A stretch of DNA of 64,000 bases, from the NCBI GenBank assembly GCA_013239625.1, contig MU053652.1, positions 7,431,902 to 7,495,901 on the forward strand, given 5' to 3'. The DNA is from Lama guanicoe. Taxonomy: Eukaryota. Below the pieces are notes generated by a model. It did not search any database and was not told the origin of the DNA. It was given only the letters and a program-made list of their open reading frames with translations. Shown here piece after piece: positions 39,561 through 51,202 of the stretch. Numbering within the stretch: the stretch's first letter is position 1; each line of letters opens with the position of its first letter. Made by a program: the position numbers and the translations under genes.

Positions 39561-40680
39561 AACTACCACTCTCTGTTCTTTCAAGCCAGATTCCCTGATA
39601 GAAAATCCAAGCAGACACAACCAGGGGAAAGTGTCTACATAACCTATTCACTTAAGGAAAAAAATGCACAAGAGTAACAACCATCAGAGATGGCTGCTTA
39701 GGAAGAACAGCATCACTTCCAAAGGATGAAACATAAAATGCTTTTGTAGCCCCAGACGTGTTCTCTCTTCGTGGACATAATCCACAAAGAGTGATCTCTT
39801 CTTTTCTCTCTTCTTTCATTTTATTTTTCTGAGAGCTAGCTGTTAGAAACTCTGCCATTCGAAACTACACAATGTCCTGCCAACATATTTAATTGTCTGC
39901 CTTGTTCAGTAAAGTTCTCTCACATCACCCAGGCCTATTCTACTCCTTTGTGTCCTTTTGGAACACTTAATTACTACTACATCATAGAGCCTTTCAATAG
40001 TGACAAGACACAGAGAGGGACTCAAGGAAGTTGATTATTTTTATTTTGCTCCATTGCCTTTGGGTAAAACTGTCTCCACAAGGTTCTCATTGATGTTGAA
40101 ACAACAGAGCTTAGCCCTGGCCTATATTGTGTGCCTGGGCTTATATCTAGCCAAGAATTGATGCCACCAGATATTCAAACTACTTTCCAAATAGCCTCAG
40201 CTTATAAATCTTTAACCACATTTTACTGAGTTATTCCCCCAGTCCTTGGAAAAATTCACATTTATGAATTCATTCACAAATGACCACTGTGCCTAATGGT
40301 GGAATTAAAAGCTATTTGATCTATTTAAGCATATTAAGACTTTTGCAATTTAATTTTTGTTTTTATTTTTGAGTTTGTTTTAAATTTGCTTCAAATCAAT
40401 GAGTCATTTAAAATGTATATATTAGTCCAAACCTGATATGAATAGAAAATGGCTTTGATTCTAGATAACCAGGCTTACATAGCTAATCCCCTTTGAAAAA
40501 ATGAAGTGAAATTTACTACAAGATTAAGTCAGTATAGTAAACATCTTGTTTGATATAATGAAAATGTGTGGAAAAGGATTGAGAAGAAAAATGATTATTT
40601 TAGGTCTCAAATAAATTTTTTGAAAAGACATTATAGAGGTCAAAATCAAACCATTAGCCCACAAAAGCAGAGAGTGTATG

Positions 40681-40905
40681 TGTTAAGCAGAATTCTAAGA
40701 TGTTCCCCAAGTTTCTCATCCTGTCATATATTATATTCTCCCCTCTATATTCCACTCTCCTTGGGTGTGGCAGAACCCAGAATATAATGAAATGATCACT
40801 CCTTGATTAAGTTATGTTACGTGATAAAGGTGAAAAGTTTTTGAAAATATAATGAGTCTCCAAAGTAGTCGACTTTGAGGTAATCAGAAAAGAGATTATC
40901 CTATT
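40681..40905 (+). mobile_element. MLT1E-like LTR fragment
   Basis: tgttaagcagaattctaagatg...gactttgaggtaatc...gagattatcct. Confidence 0.65.
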
Positions 40906-43900
40906 AGGAAGGAAATAACAAAGAGTAGGAATAAATAAAATAAAGACTAAAAGGAAAAAAATAGAAAAGTTCAGTAAAACTGAGAGTTGGTATTTTGAAA
41001 AGGTAAACAAAATTGACAAATCTTTAGCTAGACTAAGACTAAAAGAGAGAAGACTTGAATCAATTAAATCAGGGAGGGAGATTAAGAGGTACAAATTTCT
41101 AGTTGCAAAATACATGAGTCACAGGTATGAAATGTACAATGTGGGGAATATAGTTAATAACTGTAGTATTTTCTATGGTGACATATAACTAGACTTATCA
41201 TGGTGATCATTTTGAAATGTATAGAAATATTAAATTGTTGTTTTGTGTCATAGGAATGAACATAGTGCTGTAAGTCAGTTATACTCAAAAACAAACTCAC
41301 GGTGAAAGAGATCAGAGTTTTTGGTTACCACAGGCAGGGGGCTGGGAGATGAGGAACTGGATGAAGGCAATACCAAGAGACAAACTTTTAGTTATAAGGT
41401 AAATAAGTACCAGGGATATGATGTACAACATGATAAATATAGCTAACACTACTGTATGTTATATATGAAAATTGTTGAGAGTAAATCCTAAGAGTTCTCA
41501 TCACAAGGAAAAAAATGTTTTCCAGTTCTTTAATTTGATATTAATATGAGATGATGGATGCTCACAAAACTTATTCTGATAATAATTTCATAAGTCAAAT
41601 CATTATGCTATACATCTTAAACATATAGAAGGATGTATGTCAACTATATATTAATAAAACTGCAAGAAAAATTAAAATAATGAAGTCAGAAAAGAAAGAG
41701 GTGACATTACAACTGATAACAGAAAAATACTAAAGAACATAAGAAAATATAAACAACTAAATGCCACCAAGTTAGAAAACCTAGAAAAAATAGATAAATA
41801 CCTAAGATATATAACCTACCAAGGCTAAAGCATAATGAAATTGAAAATCTGAACAGACCTACTACTAGAAGGGAAATTGAATCAGTAATCAAAAAATTCC
41901 CAACAAAAATCCAGGGCCAGATGGCATCACTGGTGAATTCTACCAAACTTTGAAAGAAGAATGAATACCAATACTTCTCAAACTTTTCCCAAAAAAATTG
42001 AAGAGGAGGGAACACTTCCAAATTCACCTTAAAAGGCCAGCATTACCCTGATATCAAAACCAGACAAGGAAACTACAAGAAAAGAAAATGACAGGCCTGG
42101 TGAATGCAGATGCAAAAATCCTCAACAAAATATTAGGAAACTGAATTTAGCAATACTTTAAAAGGATTATACATGGTCAAGTGGTATTTATTCCTGGGAT
42201 GCGGGTATGGTACAATGTATACAAATCAATAAATGTAATATGTACCACATTAACAAAATGAAGGATAAAAATCATATGACCATCTCAAAAGAAGCATAAA
42301 AAGCATTTGACAAAAATCAACATCCTTTTATGATAAAAATTCTCAATAAATTGGGTATAAAGGAAAACATGTCAACATAATAAAGGCATTATATGACAAG
42401 CCAACAGCTAACATCATACTTAGTGGTGAAAAGCTGAAAGTTTTCCTTCTAAAGTCAGGAACAAGATAAGAATGCACAGTCTCTCCTTTTATTCATCATG
42501 GTACTAGAAGTCCTAGCCAGAGCAATTAAGAAAGAAAAGGAAATAAAAGGCATCTGAGCAGGAAAGGAGGAAATAAAATGGTCACTATTTGCAGATAACA
42601 TGGTATTTTATGTTTAGGAAACTCTAAAGAGTCCATCAAAAAAAACTGTTAGAACTAATAAACTAGTTCATTAGTTACATAGTACAAAATCAATATAGGA
42701 AAATCAGTTGTGTTTCTATATACCAACAACTATCAAAGAGACATTAAGATAACAATCCCATTTGCAATAGCATCAAAAAGAAAAAAAAATTTAACACATA
42801 TGAGTAAAAGATCTGTACGCTGAAAATTATAAGACATTGATGCTGCTGTAACTATATGCTGACAGATGTTAACTAGACTTATTGTGATGACCAGTTAGCA
42901 ATATATACAAATATCAAATCATTATGTTGTATACCTGAAACTAATACAATGTATGTCAGTTATACCTCAATTAAAAAAAAAAAAGACCTTTATGAAAGAA
43001 AGTAGGATACAAATGAATAGAAAGATATTCCATGCTGAAGACTGAAAGAATTAATATTGTTAAAATGTCCATACTCCCTACAGTGATCTACAGAGTCAAT
43101 GAAATCCCTATCAAAATTCCAATAGTATTTTTCATAGAGATAGAGAAAAATCCTAGAATTCATATGGAATCACAAAAGACACTGAGTAGCCAAAGCAATC
43201 CTGAGAAAAAAGAACAAGTTTGGAGCCATCACACTTCCTGATTTCAAACTATATTACAAAGCTATGGTGATCAAAACCATATGGTATTGACATTTTAAAA
43301 AAGATACATAGATCAATGAAATAGAATAGAGACCCTGGAAATAAACCCTTGCATGTATGGTCAATTAATTTTCAATAAAGGAGCCAAGAATATACAATGA
43401 GGAAAGGACAGCCTCTAGTAAGTGGTGTTGGGAAATCTGGACAGCCACATACAAAAGAATGAAACTGGACAACTCTCTTACACCGTTCACAAAAATCAAC
43501 TCAAAATGGATTAAAGATTTGAGTATAAGGTATGTAACTGTAAAAATCTTAGAAGAAAACATAAGGGGAAATTCCTTGACACTGGTCTTGGCAATGATTT
43601 TTTGGATTTGACACCAAAAGCAAAAGCAACAAAAGCGAAAATAAACAAGTGAGTCTGCATTAAACTAAAAAACTTTTGAACAGCAAAGGAAACCATCAGC
43701 AAAATGAAAAAGGTAATCTACAGAATGGGAGAAAACATTTGCAAACCACATATTTGATAAGGGATTAATATCCAAAATATACAAGGAACTCATACAAATC
43801 AATAGCAAAAAACCTCAAATAAACCAATTAAAAATAAGTAAAGGACTTAAATGATTATTTTTCTGAAGAAGACTTACAAATGACCAAAAGACACATGAAG

Positions 43901-44840
43901 AGGTGCTCAACATCACTTTTGTCAGGGAAATACAATCAAAACCACAATGAGATACCACCTCACACTTGCTAGGATGTCTATTATCGAAAAGACAAGTGAT
44001 AACAAAGGCTGATGAAGATGTGGGGAAAAGGGAACGCTTGTGCACTGTTGAGAATTTAAACTAATACAGCCACTATGAAAAACAGTATAGAGATTCCTCA
44101 AGAAATTAAAACTAGAACTACCATATGATCCAGCAATCTCACTTCTGGGTATCTATCCAAAGGAAATGAATTCATTATTCAGGAAGAGCTACCTACACTT
44201 CCATATTCATGTCAGCATTATTTACAGAGGCCAAGGTACAGAAACAGCCTGTGTCTGTTGATGGATGAATGGAGAAAGAAAGTATGTGTGTATATACATA
44301 TATATTACAAACACACATGCAGTGAAATATTATTCACCCTTAAAAAAGGAAACCCAGTCATTTGTGACAACATGGATGAATCTAGAAGGCATTATGCTAA
44401 GTGAAATAAGCCAGACAGAGAAACACAAATACTGCATGGTATCACATATGTGGAATCTCAAAAGAAGTCAAACTCATAGACTTAAGAAAAAGAGTAGAAA
44501 AGTGGTTACCAGAGGCTGAGGGCTGAGGGAAATTAAAAAAAAAAAAAAAGGTTGGTGAAAGTGTAAAAACCTTCAATTATAAGATGAATAAGTTCTGAGG
44601 ATCTAAGGTATAACATGGAAACTGTAGTTAACAGCACTGTATTGTATAATTGAAATTTGTTTAAATGCCCTCAGCAACCCCCACCCCAAAAAAGGGTAAA
44701 TACGTGAAACAATGGATGTAACTCAGTGGGGACAATCTTTTCACAATGTATACACATATCAAATCATCATGCCATAAACTATAAATGTCGTACAGTTTTA
44801 TTCATAATAAAATAAGCTGGGGAAAAAGAAAAAATAAACA
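40906..44840 (+). mobile_element. L1MA-like ORF2 plus 3'UTR with two nested L1 3'-end insertions (~41070-41680, ~42843-42985)
   Basis: RT motif remnant SLFADNM near 42582; ORF2 C-terminus; nested tails flanked by degenerate TSDs (aagacattgatg/aagacctttatg). Confidence 0.85.
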
Positions 44841-47227
44841 TTTCTATTCAGAAAATTTGAGCTTTGTAGGAAATGATACTTAAAACTGGGCTTTCTGCCT
44901 TTCATTTACTTTTCCTTTTTATAACGCATAATACACTGTTTTTTTCCCCACAATCTGTCTCCTTTTCATCCTCTCTCCCTCCTTAATTTCGTTCTTTTTT
45001 ATTTTCTGATTTTTTTTTAACCTTCTCTGTTCATTCTCTCCCTTCCTCTCTCTCTCTCTTTAGTCCATGCAAGATTTAGGGAAGTTCTAAGTCACTTCCC
45101 CGTTTCAGCACTGGTTAACTCAGGACATAATCAGTTTGCTCTATGACTGCTAGTCTGTACTTGGGAAATCTGAAGTGTTTATGTGCTTCAGTTCAGGGAG
45201 GATAACTGGAAAGAGCCAGTGGCTTTCTAGCTGTTTCTCTTTCTCATTCTCTATTGCTCTGTACTCTCCATTTTACATTATATTAAAAAATGTCAAATAT
45301 CATCATAAAGTCCCCTAAGAGGAAAGAAAAACGACAGCCCAGACCTTCAACTTCATAAGAGCAGTTATTATTTCCGCTTCTAGGCATAGTGACTATTGTT
45401 GGGTCTGACTCCCATTAACTTATTGACTGATTCTATTGAAAAGTTACGGTTTTTATTTCTCAGCTGAAAATGCAACAAAGATACACGCTCTTTGAGAAAA
45501 AGTCTCCATTTTTCACTGAGATTAAACCAAATGGCAGAATGCAAGATCCCCCTTTCTCTCTCTGGACGGTATGAAAAAGAAACATTTTTTAAAGCAAAAT
45601 TGTTTTTTAAAAAGTAAGTAGAAAAATAAAATCACTGCCTAAGTAAAAGGCATAACACAAATATTTCAGAAACCAGTTTTCAATTTGAGGGCATGCCCCA
45701 GGTTTTGTCAGGATTGTATAGCAATCATGCCAGTGGTTACGAAGAACTAGGCTAAGGTGGGGTCTATATGGTTGTAACTCTTACTGGTGGTTTAATATAA
45801 TCACAGTATTTTATTTTATGCCTGCTGAGAAATTTATATACGAAATAAAACAAACGTCTTATAATGTTCCCTCATAATAACTGAGATACTGGGTGTAGAG
45901 TACATGGGGACATTTGGCAGTATCTTTGCAACTTTTTCTTGTAAACCTAAATCTATACTAAAATACAAAGTTAAGGAGAAATTGCAAAGCTTTTAGCTTC
46001 CATTCAGGAGAAAGATCCCGGAAAGGATATGATTTGGGCAGCACTCTTGCCTGAGCAGAGATGTAAAGAGCAGCCTAGTTCTCACCATAAACTGAAATAT
46101 TCAAGATCTCCTCTTCTAAATTGATCCTGAAGCCTCTCAAAGGAACGCTTTGTGCTTATTACAAAGTTAACTCAACAATAGTGATCTGAAACTTCTCATC
46201 TGCACAAGGCAACTAAGTTAAATTAGGGCCACTGTGTGTGAATAGGATGTCTCAGGAGACCTGATGCCCCTTGCCTAGGGCATGGCTGTCACTACTGTGA
46301 GAGTCGAGGGTAGTGTCACCTTGCATATCTCTAATTACCTGCACTCCCGTCTGAAGGTGGCTTAGTGTCTACCCTCGAATTCACCTTGATAGCCGCTTAA
46401 ATATTTTCTGGGTGAAGCACAGTCCTTAGACAGAGAGCATTATCTCTTCACTTTAGGAAGTGATGACTCTGCATAGCCAGCCCCAAATTATACTGACCTC
46501 TTTGACAGCTATGTCACGTCCTGTAGTGATAGTCAATTAGGCTGCCCCGCTCACCCTTCAGTTTTTCTAAGCAATGGAGATTAACAAGATTTTTTCCCGG
46601 CCTCACTAAATGTCCCATTTCTGATTTGTGTATCCATGCAGTGAGCTCTATTTCTGGGCCCCTTTTATTTATTTCTGGATTTATAGCTTGTCCCTTTTAT
46701 ATTCACTTGTCTCTTTGAAAATCCTTAATTTCTGTTAAGAAGAAATAAATAATTTACTGCTTTTAAAATGCTGAAGACCCAAAATAGCTCTGACATGTCT
46801 GTTTTATGAGTGATTGGAAATCAAAGTCAGAGTTAAGGTGTGATTAAAAGAGTGCCTTTAAAATGTGCATTTGAACCTCAGGGGCAGATGTGCATAATTA
46901 TTATGATGGTAAATAATTGTTTCTTTTTTTTTCTAGTTAGTACTTTTTCCCAGCATACATGAGTTTGTACTTCATTTGGAAAGTCAGGGTAGATTTGCAA
47001 CCAAAAAAGCCTCTTAAATGGGACATACTTGTCTCTCCCGGGGAGTTTTTCTGGGAGATTCCATGACAAGGACACTGAAGCAGCAACCTGAGGCATTTAC
47101 CTCCGAGTTCCCGTGACCTATGAGGGAACTACAGAGTCCTTTCGTCAGAAAATGCAATGCTCACAATCCTTGACTAAAGAAGACACGCTAATTTGCTTTC
47201 CTGTTTAATTCGTCTTCACTGTTAAAG

Positions 47228-47389
47228 TTCTCACCACCGTGAAAAAGTATGCACTTGTTACCAGGGGCCCCAGATCCTCTTCTCAGCAGGTTACAAAGAC
47301 AGGTGCATACACCTGGCTGGACACTCTTGCAGTCAGTACTGCCCAAGATACCGAATGAGACGGATGCATCCAGGTAAAGTTTCTGGATG
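47228..47389 (+). pseudogene. CPLANE1-like exon remnant (best-conserved motif)
   Basis: TLAVSTAQDTE*DGCIQVKFLD vs TLPVIGVWEFERDDDEYIKFLD; TGA at 47356 sits at the conserved Arg (likely CGA>TGA); atg|gtaaga donor. Confidence 0.75.
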
Positions 47390-48136
47390 GTAAGAATTGT
47401 CATACTCATCTGTTTCCCAGTGTACTCAGCACAGTGCCCTGTTTGTAGGTGCTTGCGAAATACTCGTTGCATTGAGATGAATTATAGTGAGAACAGACAT
47501 AAGCAGGCAAAGTGAGTATCGTGCCAAATCCCTTAATTCCCCAAATCCACATACTGCCAACCACAAACTGTAAATTAGAACTGCCACAGATATGTTTGAA
47601 CTTCTGTTTAAATTCCTCCCTAAGTTAGTGCCTCTAAATTTAACACTCTAGCCACATTCCTGGCAGAAGGCTAAGCACCAGGATGGAAAATGAGAGAAGT
47701 CTAGTCTAGTGCCTATCTTGGCGTTGCCTACTGTTTGGCTGCGGACGCCCCGGGGCAAGGATGCATCATGCTTCTCTGCCTCATTTCCCTTTCTTGGGTG
47801 GTTAGTGGGAGGAGAAGAGCAAAAGCCAACACTTCTTTAATCACTTAAACGAAAATAGAAATTTTACAGATAACCATATTTAACTCTTTGACGGCTTTCT
47901 GTCACTGGCGCCGTGATAGTAAGTGACCAAAAAAGCAGCTTTCAAAAGCAATACAGCTGTTAGGTATTTTAACTCATCACAGAGTCTGATCTTTGGCAAC
48001 AAGAGGACCTTTGATAATTGCTCATATTTCAGGTAGCACATTGGGACCAGGGTCATATGAAAACTACACGAGGGGCTCACTCTGAGTTGCCTGCACCACA
48101 CACTAGTTGAGTACTAGGAGACTCCCCTTTTCCCAG

Positions 48137-48305
48137 GCAGCACCCAGTGCCAGCTTACTACAGAACTGAAGATGTCCTCCCCAAGAAGGGCTGTGCAACT
48201 CAAGCATGAGCACCAAAATTTGCTCAGGGTTTGCTCGAGGTCTTTGACATGAGGCAATTGGTAATCTAAGAACACACTTGTAAACATCTGACATGCAAAA
48301 ATCCA
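48137..48305 (+). pseudogene. CPLANE1-like exon remnant
   Basis: ccttttcccag acceptor; FARGL*HEAIGNL vs FSGKLREHELNSL. Confidence 0.5.
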
Positions 48306-49004
48306 GGCTGTCTGGGGCCAGTCAGTGTATTCCATCACTAATGAGGTTATTTTTTCATAAACATAAAAAGAAATACCCACGAGTTCCTCTACTGGAATAA
48401 AATCCACACTACGTGATGCAGACTCCCTGACCTGGCACGTCTCCCTGTAGAGAGGTGGGGAGACCAGAGGGCTTCCTGTATCTCTGGCTTGTTGATCCTG
48501 GCCTTGTGTTTCTCCTCCCTTATAATGCTGAGTCTTTAGTCCATGCCATGCAGTATTCTGAAAATCAGCCCAACTCTACTCCATCAGTAGAAAGCTTTTA
48601 GAGATCACCTGACACAACAATATCATGGGGAGAAGAGTATGGACGTGGGGGTTCAAAATCTGTAACTTAACATGGCCATTGATGAGTTAAGTTCTGTGAG
48701 TCTCAGTTGGCTCCACTCTAAAATGAATTGATAACCATCTCAGTTCAATTTGGATATTAAAGAAAATGATGTAACCAGCTCCGACACAAAGTAGGAGCTC
48801 AATATTTGAGTCCCATGACTTTTCCAGCGTCTTCTATCATCTCCCACCACACCTTCCTTTCAGTTTTAGAATCAAGAGAGAAATTGTGGAAACAAGGGAG
48901 AGAACACTGAAGAAGATTCATCAAGTCAAGGACTAGAGTGGGAAGGAACAAGGCTAGGACGTGCTTGGTTATCACCATCTCCTCTAGGCCCAAACAAAGG
49001 GCAG

Positions 49005-49603
49005 TTGGAGATCATTTTTCTATTATTCTTTATTTATCCTTAAGTAAAGATGGATGTTGATTTCTGTACCTCTTCTGGTGCCTGTGAGGCCTGCCTGGTG
49101 TTCAAGGCACACTCCAACAGGTGCCAAAAGGCACAGTAGTGTGAAGGAAAAGCCGGGCTGGTCTAACAAGCTAACTCACAAGTCTAGGAATGTGAAGGAG
49201 AGGCTGGGCTGGGCTAACAAGATAACTCACAAGTCCAAGTATCGGAATACTGATCTGAGTTCTGCTGGACTAACTTGTAAATCTAGGTTAATTAGTGTTG
49301 GTTTGCTGTTCATGTTTTTTGCTAGCCAGCTGGATTTTCAAAGATATATATCTGGCTTTGGAATGTTGGTTTGCTGCCTCCCCACCTCCACTTTTGTGAT
49401 GATAATGCTGCTAAAGCTGTTCCATGCCTATTGGCCAAATACCCCAAGCTTGTACTTTACCCTATAAAACCTCATGCGCACGTCTTGGAGGTGCTCAGAG
49501 CTTCGGAGCAGAAGCCCCTCTGAGCCCGCCGGCGTAATACATCTGAGTACTCCAACCCTCCGAGTGGTGCTTGTTTCTTGGTTGGCCCGTCATTTCCGTA
49601 ACA
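49005..49603 (+). mobile_element. Young solo ERV LTR
   Basis: Ends ...ccgtaaca; TATA-like ctataaaa (~49463); CpG-rich R/U5; 51-bp direct repeat in U3; possible TSD gcag/gtag. Confidence 0.7.
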
Positions 49604-50254
49604 GTAGCATCTCACAACAGCACCACGATCTTTGCTTTTGCAAAGCATCGCTATTACATCTTATAAACCTCCCCGCAAACTATCTCAACTGGTGACACTT
49701 CTCCAAGACAGAGGTTGGGGTCCAGAGATACCACATAGGCTTTCCTTTATGACCATATGATTTATGTTGGGCAAAGACAGCAGCATCATAATCATCCTGG
49801 AATTCAAATTAGAAAGACTCATAACTCTTTAAACGGGTACATTAGCTTTCAAGCTGTCAGAACAAAAGAAGAATCCTTTAGAATAGTGGCATCTGAACAG
49901 AATAAGGAAGCAAATAGAGTCCTGTGTATACCAGAAGGAGACAATCAACCTACCATTCATATGAACTGCAATGTGCAAAGCAAGAAATAAAAAGGCATTT
50001 CCAGTCTTTCCGTTCTCCTTTTCTAAGTCAGTCTGATGGCTTGACTTAAAATACTCATTAGTAAATGGCATGTTCAGGATTAGAAGCGTAGACAGATCAG
50101 ACCAAATACCAGCTCAGAAGGTAAGGAGCTCTATTACTATTGGTATTTATCTTCAAAGCTGCACTGGTTTTTATCATTTTTAAGTTATATTAACTCTTCT
50201 CATGTACACCCTCATCCACAAAGAAGAAATTCCTGTTTAAGTTTTTCATCCCAG

Positions 50255-50550
50255 GGGATTTTTATGATGAGTGTAGCAGAACTCTAAAAATTATCTTCCA
50301 AAAGAGAAGAGACCAAGTCACTGCTTATCAAAGTTGGATAAAAATGACTGTCTGTGCCTCCTGGGGCCAGTCTCATATGAAAGAAGGTGATACTGAAAAT
50401 TCTATCCTCAATTTATATGGATTTTATAGTTTACTGGGAGTGGCAGGAGCACCTGGTCTGCCCGCGCGTAGGGGCATTTCAGGAGCCTCGTCAGTCCCAG
50501 ACCTCTCATTCACTGCCTATGTGGAGGTGCAGGAAATTCGCATCTCATTC
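50255..50550 (+). pseudogene. CPLANE1-like exon remnant
   Basis: NLYGFYSLL/EWQEH/WSAR then GISGASS vs NTFGSIGRLLEWMIRWSNR...GITESSS; two frameshifts; catcccag acceptor. Confidence 0.65.
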
Positions 50551-50554
50551 ACTC

Positions 50555-50740
50555 AGCAAAGTGGGAAAGGCCCTGGATTTGGAATCAGAAGTCATGTGTA
50601 TGGCCTCATCTTGGCCAATTACCAGACGTAGCCTTAAGTAAGGACACTCACTTACTCTCCTTGAAGCTTGTCTCTCATTTCTAAAGTGGAATTATACGAA
50701 CTTGATGCCCCCAGGCCCCTTTCAGTTCCAACCTTCTATA
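50555..50740 (+). mobile_element. MIR fragment
   Basis: agtgggaaaggccctggatttggaatcagaag MIR 5' consensus-like. Confidence 0.6.
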
Positions 50741-51029
50741 ATTATGCAGTCTCTCTTTTTTACTCACTTCTAAATTTTCTATATTTAAACTGGGAGAACT
50801 GAGGCAAACAGCAGAAGTGTTTCAGGATGCAGGCTCAAGAGCAGAGTCCTATGCTATGGGAGAGTCTCCAAACCAAGAGAAGCCAAGGATTCTGAGTGGA
50901 GAAGTGAGCCAAGGGGGAGCTCACGGCATTGGAGACTTGAAGAGAACAGATTGGGCTGGGAGCACAGGCACTGCCTACAATACTGTCTGTCTAAAGTGCT
51001 GTGTGCTATGGTGCACTGCGGATGTGCAG

Positions 51030-51202
51030 ACAAGCCCTATCACAAGGAGCCCATGGAATCCATCCTGTACATACTTAACACCAGCCGTATCATCGAAAAG
51101 AAGGGCTTGTATAAGGGACTGGAAGTATCAGTGAAGACCATATTTGCCAACTTCTCAAATTTTATCCATCTCAGAAGACTGTCTAGTGGCTCTGGGGAGT
51201 GA
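51030..51202 (+). other. Candidate downstream exon, open frame, unassigned
   Basis: gtgcag acceptor; DKPYHKEPMESILYILNTSRIIEKKGLYKGLEVSVKTIFANF...; coding-like composition but no recognised homology. Confidence 0.3.

Larger units (their letters stand above)
702..50550 (+). pseudogene. Unprocessed (intron-containing) pseudogene of a divergent CPLANE1/JBTS17 paralog
   Basis: About 25 exon-like segments translate, allowing stops and frameshifts, to motifs colinear with recalled human CPLANE1. Examples (window~CPLANE1): KIPSL~KIPSL, LRWYLF~LRLYLY, NILNFQTIRFNLK~NTLNFVTLCGSLK, GIYILQ~GVYILQ, PAQIF~PAQIF, LWHVVSSGPTFP~LWGLVPFGLYLP, RKKFCSSHRYLEKAK~RDKLSYSCRQYQKAR, TLAVSTAQDTE*DGCIQVKFLD~TLPVIGVWEFERDDDEYIKFLD, LL/EW...WSAR~LLEWMIRWSNR. 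Confidence 0.8.

Noticed and set aside
43032..44519. ORFs with L1 ORF2-like peptides
   Set aside because: Fragments of a dead L1, not host genes.
49140..49239. Direct repeats as CRISPR-like array
   Set aside because: Two adjacent copies with no spacers, in mammalian DNA.
49054..49467. 137-aa ORF with internal repeat
   Set aside because: Lies within LTR U3; the repeat is the 51-bp LTR duplication.
702..50550. Calling this the functional CPLANE1 gene
   Set aside because: Only short motif-level similarity with many stops and frameshifts; a mammalian ortholog would be highly similar and intact.
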